Source: Planctomycetota bacterium
GTDB taxonomy: Bacteria > Planctomycetota > Brocadiia > JAADGH01
DNA: 64,000 nucleotides
Assembly (NCBI GenBank): GCA_040755855.1
Contig: JBFMAD010000004.1
Location: 96,001 to 160,000 of the forward strand
Direction: 5' to 3'
The notes under the pieces were generated by a model. That model saw only the letters and a list, made by a program, of their open reading frames with translations, had not been told where the DNA came from and searched no databases. Both the position numbers and the translations under genes were made by a program. Below, in pieces: positions 29,068-38,864 of the stretch; positions within the stretch are counted from its first letter, which is position 1, and each line of letters opens with the position of its first letter.

Positions 29068-29844
29068 ATGAAGTACCGCATGTATGTTGACGAGGTGGGC
29101 AATCCCGACCTGGAAAGCTCTGATAACCCGAACCACCGTTTTCTGAGCCTGACAGGGGTCATTCTTGACTTGGAGTATGTGCGCGCCACGCTGCACCCGG
29201 AAATGGAGGCTCTCAAGGGCAGGCACTTCGAATCGCACCCCGACGATCCGGTGATCTTCCACCGCGCCGATATGGTGAACGCACGAGGCCCGTTTCATGT
29301 ATTGAAGGACGAGACAAAGCGGCTTCGGTTTGATGAGGAACTGATCGGCCTGATAGATTCTTGGACGTACACCGTTGTATCCGTCTGTCTGGACAAGAAG
29401 CGCCATAAGGAGATCTACCAAGTCTGGAGATACGATCCGTATCACTATGGACTGGCCATCCTCGTGGAGAGATTTATCTTCTTTCTGAACCAGCAAGGAG
29501 TGCGCGGCGATGTGATGGCGGAATCCAGGGGCGGAAAAGAAGACCGGCGGCTGAAAGATTCATTTCATCGGCTATGGGAGAACGGAACAGACTACGTGGG
29601 TTCAGAGCAGTTTCAGGCCGCCCTCACCAGTCGGGAATTGAAGGTCGCGCCAAAGCATCGCAACGTATCGGGGCTGCAACTGGCGGACCTGATCGCGCAC
29701 CCAAGCCGGAACGAAATCCTTCTGGATGAAGGTCTCCGCGATAGGCCCCTTGCCCCGTTTGCGGCAAAGGTGGTCGCCATACTCCAACGCAAGTACTACC
29801 AGAGACAGGGTAGGATCTACGGCAGAAAATTTGTCCCGAAATAA
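29068..29844 (+). CDS. DUF3800 family protein (predicted RNase H-like fold)
   Basis: N-terminal YVDEVG and C-terminal GLQLADLIA (DE and QxxD family motifs). Confidence 0.85.
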   Translation: MKYRMYVDEVGNPDLESSDNPNHRFLSLTGVILDLEYVRATLHPEMEALKGRHFESHPDDPVIFHRADMVNARGPFHVLKDETKRLRFDEELIGLIDSWTYTVVSVCLDKKRHKEIYQVWRYDPYHYGLAILVERFIFFLNQQGVRGDVMAESRGGKEDRRLKDSFHRLWENGTDYVGSEQFQAALTSRELKVAPKHRNVSGLQLADLIAHPSRNEILLDEGLRDRPLAPFAAKVVAILQRKYYQRQGRIYGRKFVPK

Positions 29845-29899
29845 AAAGGGCCCTTTCGGGCCCGATGGCATTCGCCATCCACCTCCGGAAGACCGGATT
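29839..29899 (-). ncRNA. Predicted ~60-nt three-hairpin RNA convergent with the DUF3800 gene (DUF3800 RNA motif-like)
   Basis: Minus strand reads UCCGG-UCUU-CCGGA, GAUGGC-GAAU-GCCAUC, GGGCCC-GAAA-GGGCCC-UUUUU; promoter directly upstream. Confidence 0.7.
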
Positions 29900-29905
29900 G
29901 AATAT

Positions 29906-29933
29906 AGGATAACCTACTGAGTCCCGTTGTCAA
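29906..29933 (-). promoter_or_regulatory. sigma70-type promoter for the antisense RNA
   Basis: TTGACA(29933-29928)-N16-TATCCT(29911-29906) with an upstream A/T tract. Confidence 0.6.
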
Positions 29934-30013
29934 GAAAAAAATAATTTTTTCAAGCACATGAACATCCTTGGAATATAGCGAATATAGGGCCAGAGAATAT
30001 AAGGACAGACGGG

Positions 30014-30038
30014 GAAAAATGTACGCAGTACATTTTTC
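30014..30038. repeat. Perfect palindrome, copy 3 of the 8399/9013 family
   Basis: GAAAAATGTAC-GCA-GTACATTTTTC. Confidence 0.8.
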
Positions 30039-30069
30039 TCGTCGTCTCCGCACTTGTGCACACGCTCAG

Positions 30070-30179
30070 ACTGTCCACGCCGTGGACACCCCCAACTGTC
30101 CACGTCGTGGACACCTACGCCGACCGCCCGCCGGGATGCGACGACTGCGCCGATGGGCACTGTCAACTTCGTGGACACC
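30070..30179. repeat. Three 21-bp palindromic direct repeats
   Basis: ACTGTCCACGCCGTGGACACC, ACTGTCCACGTCGTGGACACC, ACTGTCAACTTCGTGGACACC. Confidence 0.85.
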
Positions 30180-30268
30180 TGGGGCGTAAGTCCCGAACGG
30201 ACAATGGGATAAGGAGTCAGGCAGAGCCTCGGAACGAGAGAAAGACACCGAGGAAAAGACAAGACATA

Positions 30269-30335
30269 GACGCTGATTAACGCAGATGCACACTGCAAGA
30301 AATCCTATCTGTGAGAATCAGCGTGAATCTGCGTC
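30269..30335. repeat. Empty periodic inverted-repeat unit
   Basis: GACGCTGATTAACGCAGAT ... AATCAGCGTGAATCTGCGTC. Confidence 0.6.
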
Positions 30336-30832
30336 TGCCTCTCTTCATCTTCCCACCTGCTGAAACTTCGCAAAAGTGAAAAACTGCGCCGCCGCATCTG
30401 AGTCTTCTGGCCGTTTCGTGGCCGTTAAAGCGATTTATCTCGTTAACTGCATGGCGAAATGCGGCCGGAGGGCGAATGGGGCGGGTTTACGAGTCGCCGT
30501 ACGGTTGGCTACTAAGTGAATTTGGGTCGAAAAGCCGTTTCTGGCCGAATTCGGGGCGGAAATGGCGGTTTCTCGATTGGTAACAAAGTGTAGGTCCATA
30601 CACTTTACGCACAATCGCAAAATCGCGGCGGAGAGAAGTCCGATCTCCCTGCCCTGCCGGATATTACGCCCATTACCCTGACCGACATCGCGCCGTGCGC
30701 ACATGTGCAAGCGTATGGGGAAAGGGTCATTTTGCGGAACGAAATACACTTGGCTAACAAGAAATCGAAGGGGTGAAGAGTGGAAGAATGGAAGAGTGAA
30801 AGATTGCAAGAGTGCGGGAGTTTCGGATCGGG

Positions 30833-31933
30833 TCAGGTCCGCATGGAATCGAAGAAGTAGAAGCCGAGGGCGCCGAACATGATGAGGGGGGTCCAGGCGG
30901 CGATGCCGGCGATGGGGATATAGCCGTGCTTGCCCAAGTGGCCGCAGATGAAGTCTACGAGGTAGAAGCCCACGCCGACGGCCAGGCTGATGCCGATGCC
31001 GAGGACGCGGTTTCGGGAGAAGCGCTCGGAGCCGATGACGGGGGGGAGGCCGATGAGGAGGAGGATGATGGCGCTGAGGGGATGGGTGAAGCGGCCGTGA
31101 AAGGCCAGTTTCAGGTCAACCCGTTCGGGTTCCTTCTTGATGCGGTGGCGGAGGTCGCCGATGCTACGGAAGCCGGGGGTGAAGTCCTCCTGGAGGAGGT
31201 CGTCGGGTGTGAGGTCCGTCGTCAGGGTATATTCGTCCAGATAATCTTTTTCCTGTTGATCATTTTCGAGGGTGCGGGTTCTGTGGACGCCGCGACAGAG
31301 CCATTTGTATCCCCCTATCCACTGACCTTCCATGGCTTTGATGTGCTCGATGCGTTTCGTGCCGGATTCGTTGAAGCGCTCGAATTCGCCGTGTTGGAAA
31401 GTCGTCTTGTCCACGTAGAATTCATAGACGAGGTATTTCATCCGTCCGCCGTCGGAGCGTCCGAATTTGTTGTAGAGCTTGTCTCGCGTCAGTTTGTTCT
31501 CGCGTTCGAAGTTTTCGAGTCGCGGACCGACAACGGGGAGGAACCATTCCTGATCGGCGGCGCCGATGATGGCAATGAGGGTTGTGGCGCCGAAGACCGG
31601 CACGGCGATTCGATAGATGCTGACGCCGGAGGCCTTGAGGGCGACCATTTCGTTGCCTTTGGCCATCTCGACCAGGCAGTAGGAGGCGCCGACGAGCGTC
31701 ATGACAGGAAAGATGTTGGCCAGGATGATGGGGGTGTGATAGAGGCAATAGCGGCCGAGGAGCCAGAGCATCTTTGGGAAGCCGTGGTCAATGAACTTGT
31801 GGAGCATTTGAAAGGTCTCGACCAGCAGGAGAAGGCCGATGAGGGCAAGGGCGCAGACGAGGAAGTACGACAGGAAGTTGATCGCGATATAGCGATCCAG
31901 AACGGAGATAATAATGCGGCCTCTGAATTTCAT
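30833..31933 (-). CDS. lptG: LptG-like LPS export permease (LptF/LptG family)
   Basis: LDRYI, NEMVALKASGVSIYRI, AAWTP; ATGA overlap with the upstream lptF stop. Confidence 0.85.
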   Translation of the reverse strand: MKFRGRIIISVLDRYIAINFLSYFLVCALALIGLLLLVETFQMLHKFIDHGFPKMLWLLGRYCLYHTPIILANIFPVMTLVGASYCLVEMAKGNEMVALKASGVSIYRIAVPVFGATTLIAIIGAADQEWFLPVVGPRLENFERENKLTRDKLYNKFGRSDGGRMKYLVYEFYVDKTTFQHGEFERFNESGTKRIEHIKAMEGQWIGGYKWLCRGVHRTRTLENDQQEKDYLDEYTLTTDLTPDDLLQEDFTPGFRSIGDLRHRIKKEPERVDLKLAFHGRFTHPLSAIILLLIGLPPVIGSERFSRNRVLGIGISLAVGVGFYLVDFICGHLGKHGYIPIAGIAAWTPLIMFGALGFYFFDSMRT

Positions 31934-33672
31934 TTTCGAAACACGCTGATCAGTAGTCCCATGCCCAGGGCGGCGATAAGGATATTCGCGCTCCAAATGG
32001 AGACCCCACACGGCAGATACCGGTTATGCGCGAACAAGCGGCCAATCATAAGAATCCCGAAATACGAGAGGGAGAGCGTGAAGCCGATCGCCAACGCCAC
32101 AAGGACATGACCGTGCTTCGAGTAAACGCCCAGCGGCACGGCGGCCAGGGCAAAAACGATGCAGGAGAAGGAGAGGGCGATCCGGTCGTGGATCATGATC
32201 CTCAGTTCATGGGCCTCCTGCTGCTCGATAGCCTCGCAGCATCTTCTGTTGGCGTCCGCGCGTTCGGCCTTCCGTCCAGCCAGCTCCTGCTCTCCCTCCG
32301 AGAGCTGCCGCTTGAGTTCTTCCCTCAATGTGGCCGCGCTCTCCAGGGCGAACTTCAGGTCCGTGATGCGGCCATCCACGTCCTTCAGCACCTGGCGAGC
32401 GCTCTCATAGGCGTTTTTGGCTGAGGCGGTGTTGCTCTCCAGCCGGAGGATCATGTCCTTCAGCCCTGCGATCTCTGCGTTCAGGTCGCGGAGCCGCTTC
32501 GCGTCGTCTTCAGGCGGGGCCGCCCCATCCTCCCCCGAGGGGGCGGCGCTGTCGCTGCTCGCAGTCGCTGATTCCGCGATGAGCTTTTGCTGCTCCTCCT
32601 GTTTCATTTTCAATTCTACCGCCTTCGCGTCCAGTTCCTGCTTGAGGCGCTGCCAGTGCCTCTGCTGGGCGTGAACGGCTTCCGCATGTTCCCTTCGCGA
32701 GGTCTCGAACTCCTCCACGGTGCGGCGATCCCTTTTCTCGCGGTCATCCAGATGGCCGAGCTTTGCCGTGATGTCCTTGACGCGCCCGTATATTTCCCTG
32801 TTTTTCACATCAAGACCGTCTCGCGTCTGCGCCCAGTGTTTCCTCGCTTCCTCCGGATCGGGGAAGATTTCGCCATGCGTCCCTATCCTATCCCGAAGCT
32901 TGGCGAGTGATTTCCACAATTTGGAGAGAGGTAGAAATTTGGGATCGCGGTAATTTTCCGTCTCCCCCGCCTGATTGATCGGGATGCTGACGTCAAACGT
33001 GTTGAAATGGATCGTCTTTACTTCCTCCGGTCGTTGGTAGTTTTGTTTTGTAAAGAACCCGTTCTCCAGGTGGAGGCGAGCATTGTCTCCCACCACGTCA
33101 ATTCGCCCCTGCTTGGCATCATAGGTCTCGGCTACAAACTCCAACGCCACTCGGTAGATCGAAATGCCGTGCAGCAACCCGTCCTCGTCCTGCTTGTCCA
33201 CATAGATCAACCATCCCTGGAGGCGGATGCGCTTCTTGGTCTTGCCGAGGTCCTTCGCCATGCGCGTCCATGTCTTCGCATCCAGGGTAATTGACTTGAT
33301 CTGCCGCTCGGAATAGGGAACAAGCAGTGCTATGACGAGAAACAACACCACGCTGAAGAGCACGGCGACGACCATCGTCGGCGTTACGATCATCTGCAGA
33401 TGCACGCCGCTACTACGGAGCGCCGTGATCTCGTTATCGGCCGAGAGACGCCCGTACGTCATGATGACAGCTATGAGAAGCGACAGGGGAATGGAGTAAG
33501 GAAACGACTGCATGGCAAGATGCGGAAAGACAAACTTCACCTCGACAATGTCCAGCCCCTCGTGGACGAGCCGTATTGCAAACCCGACGAAGATGATAAC
33601 CAACAACACCAAGAAGGAGATGGAGAATCCTCTCATCAGCTCCGAGGTGATATACCTGTGCAACGTCCGCAT
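31930..33672 (-). CDS. lptF: LptF-like permease with a large coiled-coil insertion
   Basis: LHRYI, YGRLSADNEITALRSSG, IWSANI; ~240-aa charged helical insert; TTGACA-N17-TAGACT promoter at 33801-33773. Confidence 0.8.
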   Translation of the reverse strand: MRTLHRYITSELMRGFSISFLVLLVIIFVGFAIRLVHEGLDIVEVKFVFPHLAMQSFPYSIPLSLLIAVIMTYGRLSADNEITALRSSGVHLQMIVTPTMVVAVLFSVVLFLVIALLVPYSERQIKSITLDAKTWTRMAKDLGKTKKRIRLQGWLIYVDKQDEDGLLHGISIYRVALEFVAETYDAKQGRIDVVGDNARLHLENGFFTKQNYQRPEEVKTIHFNTFDVSIPINQAGETENYRDPKFLPLSKLWKSLAKLRDRIGTHGEIFPDPEEARKHWAQTRDGLDVKNREIYGRVKDITAKLGHLDDREKRDRRTVEEFETSRREHAEAVHAQQRHWQRLKQELDAKAVELKMKQEEQQKLIAESATASSDSAAPSGEDGAAPPEDDAKRLRDLNAEIAGLKDMILRLESNTASAKNAYESARQVLKDVDGRITDLKFALESAATLREELKRQLSEGEQELAGRKAERADANRRCCEAIEQQEAHELRIMIHDRIALSFSCIVFALAAVPLGVYSKHGHVLVALAIGFTLSLSYFGILMIGRLFAHNRYLPCGVSIWSANILIAALGMGLLISVFRK

Positions 33673-33845
33673 CTACTTCGACCTCATGGCCGCTCGCATC
33701 TCACTTGGCATACGATTCCAGACACGGCGCATCCTTCCGCAACGGCGTCCCTGTAGTGCAATCAAAATCTATAGTCTATCCGCCCATGCGTCGGATGTCA
33801 AGGAGTTTGCCAGGGAAATGGCGACACCCGCCCCAGCAATACGGA

Positions 33846-35873
33846 TCACTCGTATCGCAGCGCCTCGATCGGGTCCTGCGCGGCGGCCTTGTAAGCGGGA
33901 TAGATGCCGAAGAGAATGCCCACGGAGACCGAGAGCGTGAAGCCGAGGACAATAGCCCTGGCCGAGACGACCGTCGGCCAGTCCGCCCCCGGCGACAGCC
34001 AGCCCGCCAAGATGGGGATGGCCCCGGCGAAGATGCATCCCAGCACAATACCGAAGGCCCCGCCCGTCAGGCTGATGCCGACGGCCTCAATGAGAAACTG
34101 CCGCAGAATGTCCCGTCTGCACGCGCCCACGGACCGGCGGATGCCGATCTCCTTCGTCCGCTCCGTCACGGTGGCCAGCATTATGTTCATGATCCCTATG
34201 CCGCCGACAACAAGGGAGATCATGGCCGTGAAGCCGATGACCGTGTTAAAGATCCGCTGTGTGCGCTGGTGCTGCTCCAGGAGCTCCCGTGGGATGACGA
34301 TCTTGTAGTCGTCCACACTGCGGTGCCGGCGATCCATCACCGTCTCGATCACGCCGGCTGTCTGGCGTACCCGCTCGGCGGCCTTCACCTTGACGGCAAT
34401 CTCCGTGATCTCGCTAATGAGGGGGTCAAGCTTCGCCCGTTTCAGCGCGGCGGAAAGGGGGATATACACATCATGATTCAGGTCGCGCTCGCTAATCGCC
34501 TTGGCCGACCCCTCGGGCCGGACCTTCTCCTCCATAACCCCGACCACCACGTGCCACTCCTGGCCGATGCGGACGAGCCGATCCAGCGCGACATCATTGG
34601 CAAATAGTTCCTTCTTGGTATCCACACCCAGCACACACACCCGCCGGCACTCCGCCATGTCTTCTTCATTGATGAACCGGCCGCTGCTGACGTGGAAGTT
34701 GACCACCTCCTGATATTCGGGCGTGGTGGCGATGATCTTTGCCTTCGGTTTTTTGGCCTCATGGGTGAGGGGCACATTCATCGCCTTCATGGGCGCGGCC
34801 CGCTCAATGGAGGGGACGAGCGCGCTCAGGGCCTTCGCATCGTCCCAGGTAAGGCCGAGGGACAGCTTGCGGCGGGCCTCCATCAGCTCCTCGCCCTTCA
34901 GGTCCAGGTCACGGATGCGGATATTGTTGATGCCCATCTGCTCTATCTGCTGGATCGCCTGCTGCTTGCCGCCCTCGCCGATGGAGGACATGGCGATCAC
35001 AGCCGAGACGCCGAAGAGGACGCCGAGCATGGTGAGGGCGGTGCGCATCTTGTGGGCCATCAATCCCTCGCGGCAGCCGATGCGGACCATGTCAATCCAG
35101 CGCATCCTGCGGGGCTTCAGCTCCCCGGCGTCGTCGCCGGTTTCGATCTCGGCGATGTCATCAGGATCAACCTCCAGCGCGGCCTTGTCGGTTACCTTCG
35201 TGTCGCGGATGACCTTGCCGTCGCGCAGCTCGATAATGCGGTCGGCGTATCGGGCCAGCCGCGCGTCGTGGGTAACCATGATTACCGTGTTGCCGGCCTC
35301 GTGGAGCTTGCGGAAGATCGCCATGATTTCCTGACCGGTGCGGGAATCCAGGTTGCCCGTCGGCTCGTCGGCGAGGATGATGCGGGGGCGGTTGACCAGC
35401 GCCCGCGCGATGGCCACGCGCTGCACCTGGCCGCCGGATAGCTCCGTGGGGCGGTGGTCAATGCGGTCGGCGAGGCCGAGGGCAGCGACGGCCTTTGCGG
35501 CCCACTTGCGGCGGAGTTTGCCGTCGAGGCCCATGTAGAGGAGGGGTAGGCCGACGTTCTCGCCGGCGGTGCTGTCGGGCAGGAGGTTGAACGTCTGGAA
35601 CACGAAGCCGACCTTCTGCCCGCGGATGCGGGAGAGGGCGGTGTCGTTCAGGCGGTCCACGCGTTCCCCGTCGAGGAGGTAGGCGCCGCTCGTCGGTCGG
35701 TCCAGGCAGCCGAAGATGTGCATGAGGGTGGACTTGCCCGAGCCGGACGGTCCCATAATGGAGACGAACTCGCCCTCGTCCACCGTCAGGCTCACGCCGT
35801 CCAGCGCGGCGATCTCAATCTCTCCCTTGCGGTAGACGCGGGTCAGGTTTTCGATCTTGATGATGGTCGGCAT
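33846..35873 (-). CDS. macB: MacB-type fused ABC ATPase/permease
   Basis: [53 protein letters not shown]. Confidence 0.9.
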   Translation of the reverse strand: MPTIIKIENLTRVYRKGEIEIAALDGVSLTVDEGEFVSIMGPSGSGKSTLMHIFGCLDRPTSGAYLLDGERVDRLNDTALSRIRGQKVGFVFQTFNLLPDSTAGENVGLPLLYMGLDGKLRRKWAAKAVAALGLADRIDHRPTELSGGQVQRVAIARALVNRPRIILADEPTGNLDSRTGQEIMAIFRKLHEAGNTVIMVTHDARLARYADRIIELRDGKVIRDTKVTDKAALEVDPDDIAEIETGDDAGELKPRRMRWIDMVRIGCREGLMAHKMRTALTMLGVLFGVSAVIAMSSIGEGGKQQAIQQIEQMGINNIRIRDLDLKGEELMEARRKLSLGLTWDDAKALSALVPSIERAAPMKAMNVPLTHEAKKPKAKIIATTPEYQEVVNFHVSSGRFINEEDMAECRRVCVLGVDTKKELFANDVALDRLVRIGQEWHVVVGVMEEKVRPEGSAKAISERDLNHDVYIPLSAALKRAKLDPLISEITEIAVKVKAAERVRQTAGVIETVMDRRHRSVDDYKIVIPRELLEQHQRTQRIFNTVIGFTAMISLVVGGIGIMNIMLATVTERTKEIGIRRSVGACRRDILRQFLIEAVGISLTGGAFGIVLGCIFAGAIPILAGWLSPGADWPTVVSARAIVLGFTLSVSVGILFGIYPAYKAAAQDPIEALRYE

Positions 35874-35943
35874 GGACAATCCGCTTCTTTTCAAGCCTTT
35901 CTGCCCCCGGACGTCGGAAGTCTGGCGACTTCCGCCACAGAAT

Positions 35944-37428
35944 TCACGGAAGACAGACGCCCTCCCCCTCCTTCAGCCCCTCCGTCACCACCACCTTGCT
36001 TCCCACCGTCCGGCCGGTCCGAACCTTGCGCTCGATCAGCCGACCGCCCTCAACCACCCGGACGAATCGGTCGCCGCCGCGTTCCACAATGGCGCTGAAA
36101 GGAATGGCGATGACATCCTTGAGTTCGGCCACGATGATCTCAACCGTCGCGCTCATGGTCGGCAGGAGCTGCTTGTCGCACTCCTCGATCTCCAGCGCCA
36201 CATCGAAGACCATGATGTTGGAGAGGTCCTTATTAAGCATCCCCTGCTTCTGTTCGTCACGGTCGGTAGCCAGGCCGGCAAGCCAAGTCACCCTGCCGTG
36301 ATATGTCCTGTCGGGCAGGGCCTCCACGCGGACGACGGCCTTTTGGCCGACGCCGATCCGCCTGAAGTCCACCTCATTGACGCGGGTGCGGACGGTCATC
36401 TTGCCCATCTGGGTGATGGATAAGAAGCCGTTGCCGCGCCACATGCTGTCCCCTTCATGCGGGCGGCCCCACTGCCCCCAGTAGAGCACCGTCCCCCCCG
36501 CCGGGGCCTTCACGACCGCGCTCGCCAGAATCTCGCGGTGAATGTCCAGCGATTCCTGCTTCCGGTTCAGCTCCGCCTGCGCCACGGCCGCCTCCGCCCT
36601 CTTGAGGTCCATCTGCGCCTGGGCGCTTCGCTCGATCTGGGCGAGCTTGACCTCCGCCTGTTTGACCTTCTCGCACGCGATCTGGATGTCGCCCTCCGGG
36701 ATTCCTTTCTCGATCAACTCAAGGATGATCTTCGCGTTTTCGTGGACGGCCCGTTCCCGTTCATACTTCAGGCGAGCGTCGGCCACGTCGTTTTCCGAGG
36801 CCACGCCCTGCTTCGCCAGTTTCTTTTGCCGGTCATACCGCTTGAGGGCGGTTTGCTCGGCCAGGGCGGCGTAGTCCACATCGAGCTGCGCGAGACGAGT
36901 CACCGTCTTTGTAGCCGCCTTCCAGTATGCCTCGTCCACTGCCCCCAGAGCCAACACGGAGGCGGCCGGCTTCCGTTTCAGCTCATCCAGTTCCAGCTTC
37001 GCCAGGTCGAGTTCTATCTGCGCCTTTCGCCGCTCGAACGTCAGGTCCTTCTCCGTCAGTTCGCAATCCGACCTGGCCTTTCGCAGGTTGGCCTGGACCG
37101 TCTTGATGGCGATCTCTTCCATCTCCATCTCTTCGCGGGCCTCGTCGTCGTTCAGCCGGGCGACGACGTCCCCCTTGCGCACCTCCGTCCCCTCCTTGAT
37201 TAACTCGACCAGCACGCCGCTGATGGGCGCGATGACGATCTCGTACTCCTTCGGCTCCAGCAGGCCGGTCTCCGTAATGGTCACAGGCAGTGCCTCCCGC
37301 GCAATAGTGATCGTCTGCTCCGCCTCCGGGCGGCCTGCCGAGGATCGGCCGGAGAGAAGGGCAAGAAGGCCGGCCGCCGATGCGACCACCGTAATAGCCA
37401 GCACATATCTACGCCGCTTCACTGCCAT
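35944..37428 (-). CDS. Periplasmic adaptor (HlyD/MFP family), third of three
   Basis: N-terminal TM, lipoyl half-motifs (EGTEVRKGD; VKAPAGG), long alpha-hairpin. Confidence 0.85.
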   Translation of the reverse strand: MAVKRRRYVLAITVVASAAGLLALLSGRSSAGRPEAEQTITIAREALPVTITETGLLEPKEYEIVIAPISGVLVELIKEGTEVRKGDVVARLNDDEAREEMEMEEIAIKTVQANLRKARSDCELTEKDLTFERRKAQIELDLAKLELDELKRKPAASVLALGAVDEAYWKAATKTVTRLAQLDVDYAALAEQTALKRYDRQKKLAKQGVASENDVADARLKYERERAVHENAKIILELIEKGIPEGDIQIACEKVKQAEVKLAQIERSAQAQMDLKRAEAAVAQAELNRKQESLDIHREILASAVVKAPAGGTVLYWGQWGRPHEGDSMWRGNGFLSITQMGKMTVRTRVNEVDFRRIGVGQKAVVRVEALPDRTYHGRVTWLAGLATDRDEQKQGMLNKDLSNIMVFDVALEIEECDKQLLPTMSATVEIIVAELKDVIAIPFSAIVERGGDRFVRVVEGGRLIERKVRTGRTVGSKVVVTEGLKEGEGVCLP

Positions 37429-38864
37429 TCCTCCGGGGCCATAAGGCTGACCTCCTCGCCGCCGCCAAGACCCTTCACAATGATGATCTTCCCCGCGGCG
37501 GTCTTGCCGGCCTCCACGGGGCGGGCCGCCCAACGTCGGCCCTCCCGGACATACACAATCGGCTGCCCATCCCGCTTGAACACGGCATGGAGGGGTACGC
37601 TGAGCACATTCTTCATCTCCTCGACAACGATCTTCACATCCCCGTTCAGGCCGGGTTTGAGGCGCTCGTCCTTCTCCTGGATTCGGACCTTCACCTTGAA
37701 GACGCGGATGCCCGACGATTCCTCCCCCCAGAGCCAGGCGCTCCGGCCGCGAGTTTCGCTTTTGTCAAGGGTTACATTCCCCACCTCGCACACCGAGCCG
37801 TGGAACTCGGCGTCCTTGATCGCGTCCATTTTAATGACGGCCGACTGGCCGTCCTTGATGAGACGGATCTGAGACTCCTCGACCCAGACCTCCGCCACCA
37901 TAGTGTGCAGATCGGGCAGGGAGACGATGGGGCTATGGGTCCAGATCGCCGATCCCTCCGTGATCTTCTCTTCGCCCGACCCCTGCCACACCTTGGAATA
38001 CACCACCGTTCCCGCACAGGGGGCCTTGACGTCTGCCGCGTCAACGGCCTCGGCCCGGCGCTCGCGCTCCTTCTTGGCAAGATCGAGGTCGGCCTCCGCC
38101 GCAGCGACGTCATCCTGGAGCTTTTTCGCCTCGTACTCGAGCTTCGCCTGGACCTGATCGAGCGCGACGCAGGCCAGGTCCACGGCCAGCCGCGCCCGCT
38201 TGATCTCAAATTCATCCGCACCCTTCGCTACCAAGTCATGGATCAGCGTCTTCCGCTCAAGGTTAATCTTTGCGTACTTCAGCTCGAGCTCGGCGATCTC
38301 CAGCTCCTCGTCAGTCTGATGGCCGCTCTGATGGAGTTTCCGCGCAGGTGCATAGTCCTCCTCCTCCAGCTTAGCCACCACCTTCGCCGTTTCAAGATCG
38401 GTCTCAACCGCCACCATATCGCTCGTCGTGGGAAGCGACTCGACCAGGCCGAGCTCCAGTTGCTTGATCTCCAGATCGGCCTTCTGCTTCTTCACCTCGG
38501 CGAGAAGCTTCTCCCCCTCGACGGCCAGGGTCTTCCGCGCCTTCTCCAAGTCCGCCGTCTCCTCCTTCACCCCGCTCTCGGCCTTTTTCAGATTGCTCTT
38601 GAGGTCCGCCTTGTCCAGCTCGACGAGGAAGTCGCCCTCCTTCACGTCCGTCCCTTCGGGGATCAGCTTCGTGATCTTAACGCTCCCCCGCGCCCCGTAG
38701 AGGTTGGGCCGTCGGACGGTCACCGCCTTCTCCGCCGCCAGCTCGCCGCGCAGATCAACCGAGAGCGTCAGGTCGCCCCGCTCCGCCCTACCCGTTCGGG
38801 GGGAGGAGGATGGAGCCTCGCCGCCGCATCCCGCCATGGTAAGCATGGCGATACAAAGGATCAT
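37419..38864 (-). CDS. Periplasmic adaptor (HlyD/MFP family), lipoprotein-like, second of three; start uncertain
   Basis: MAGC lipobox-like; EGTDVKEGD; VKAPCAG; LKPGLNG. Confidence 0.85.
   Translation of the reverse strand: MILCIAMLTMAGCGGEAPSSSPRTGRAERGDLTLSVDLRGELAAEKAVTVRRPNLYGARGSVKITKLIPEGTDVKEGDFLVELDKADLKSNLKKAESGVKEETADLEKARKTLAVEGEKLLAEVKKQKADLEIKQLELGLVESLPTTSDMVAVETDLETAKVVAKLEEEDYAPARKLHQSGHQTDEELEIAELELKYAKINLERKTLIHDLVAKGADEFEIKRARLAVDLACVALDQVQAKLEYEAKKLQDDVAAAEADLDLAKKERERRAEAVDAADVKAPCAGTVVYSKVWQGSGEEKITEGSAIWTHSPIVSLPDLHTMVAEVWVEESQIRLIKDGQSAVIKMDAIKDAEFHGSVCEVGNVTLDKSETRGRSAWLWGEESSGIRVFKVKVRIQEKDERLKPGLNGDVKIVVEEMKNVLSVPLHAVFKRDGQPIVYVREGRRWAARPVEAGKTAAGKIIIVKGLGGGEEVSLMAPEEWQ

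Noticed and set aside
30070..30179. CRISPR array
   Set aside because: Only three 21-bp repeats with 4- and 43-nt gaps, and no cas genes in the window
30585..30606. Chromosomal dif site
   Set aside because: Has a 6-bp spacer but lacks the XerD-arm consensus TTATGTTAAAT
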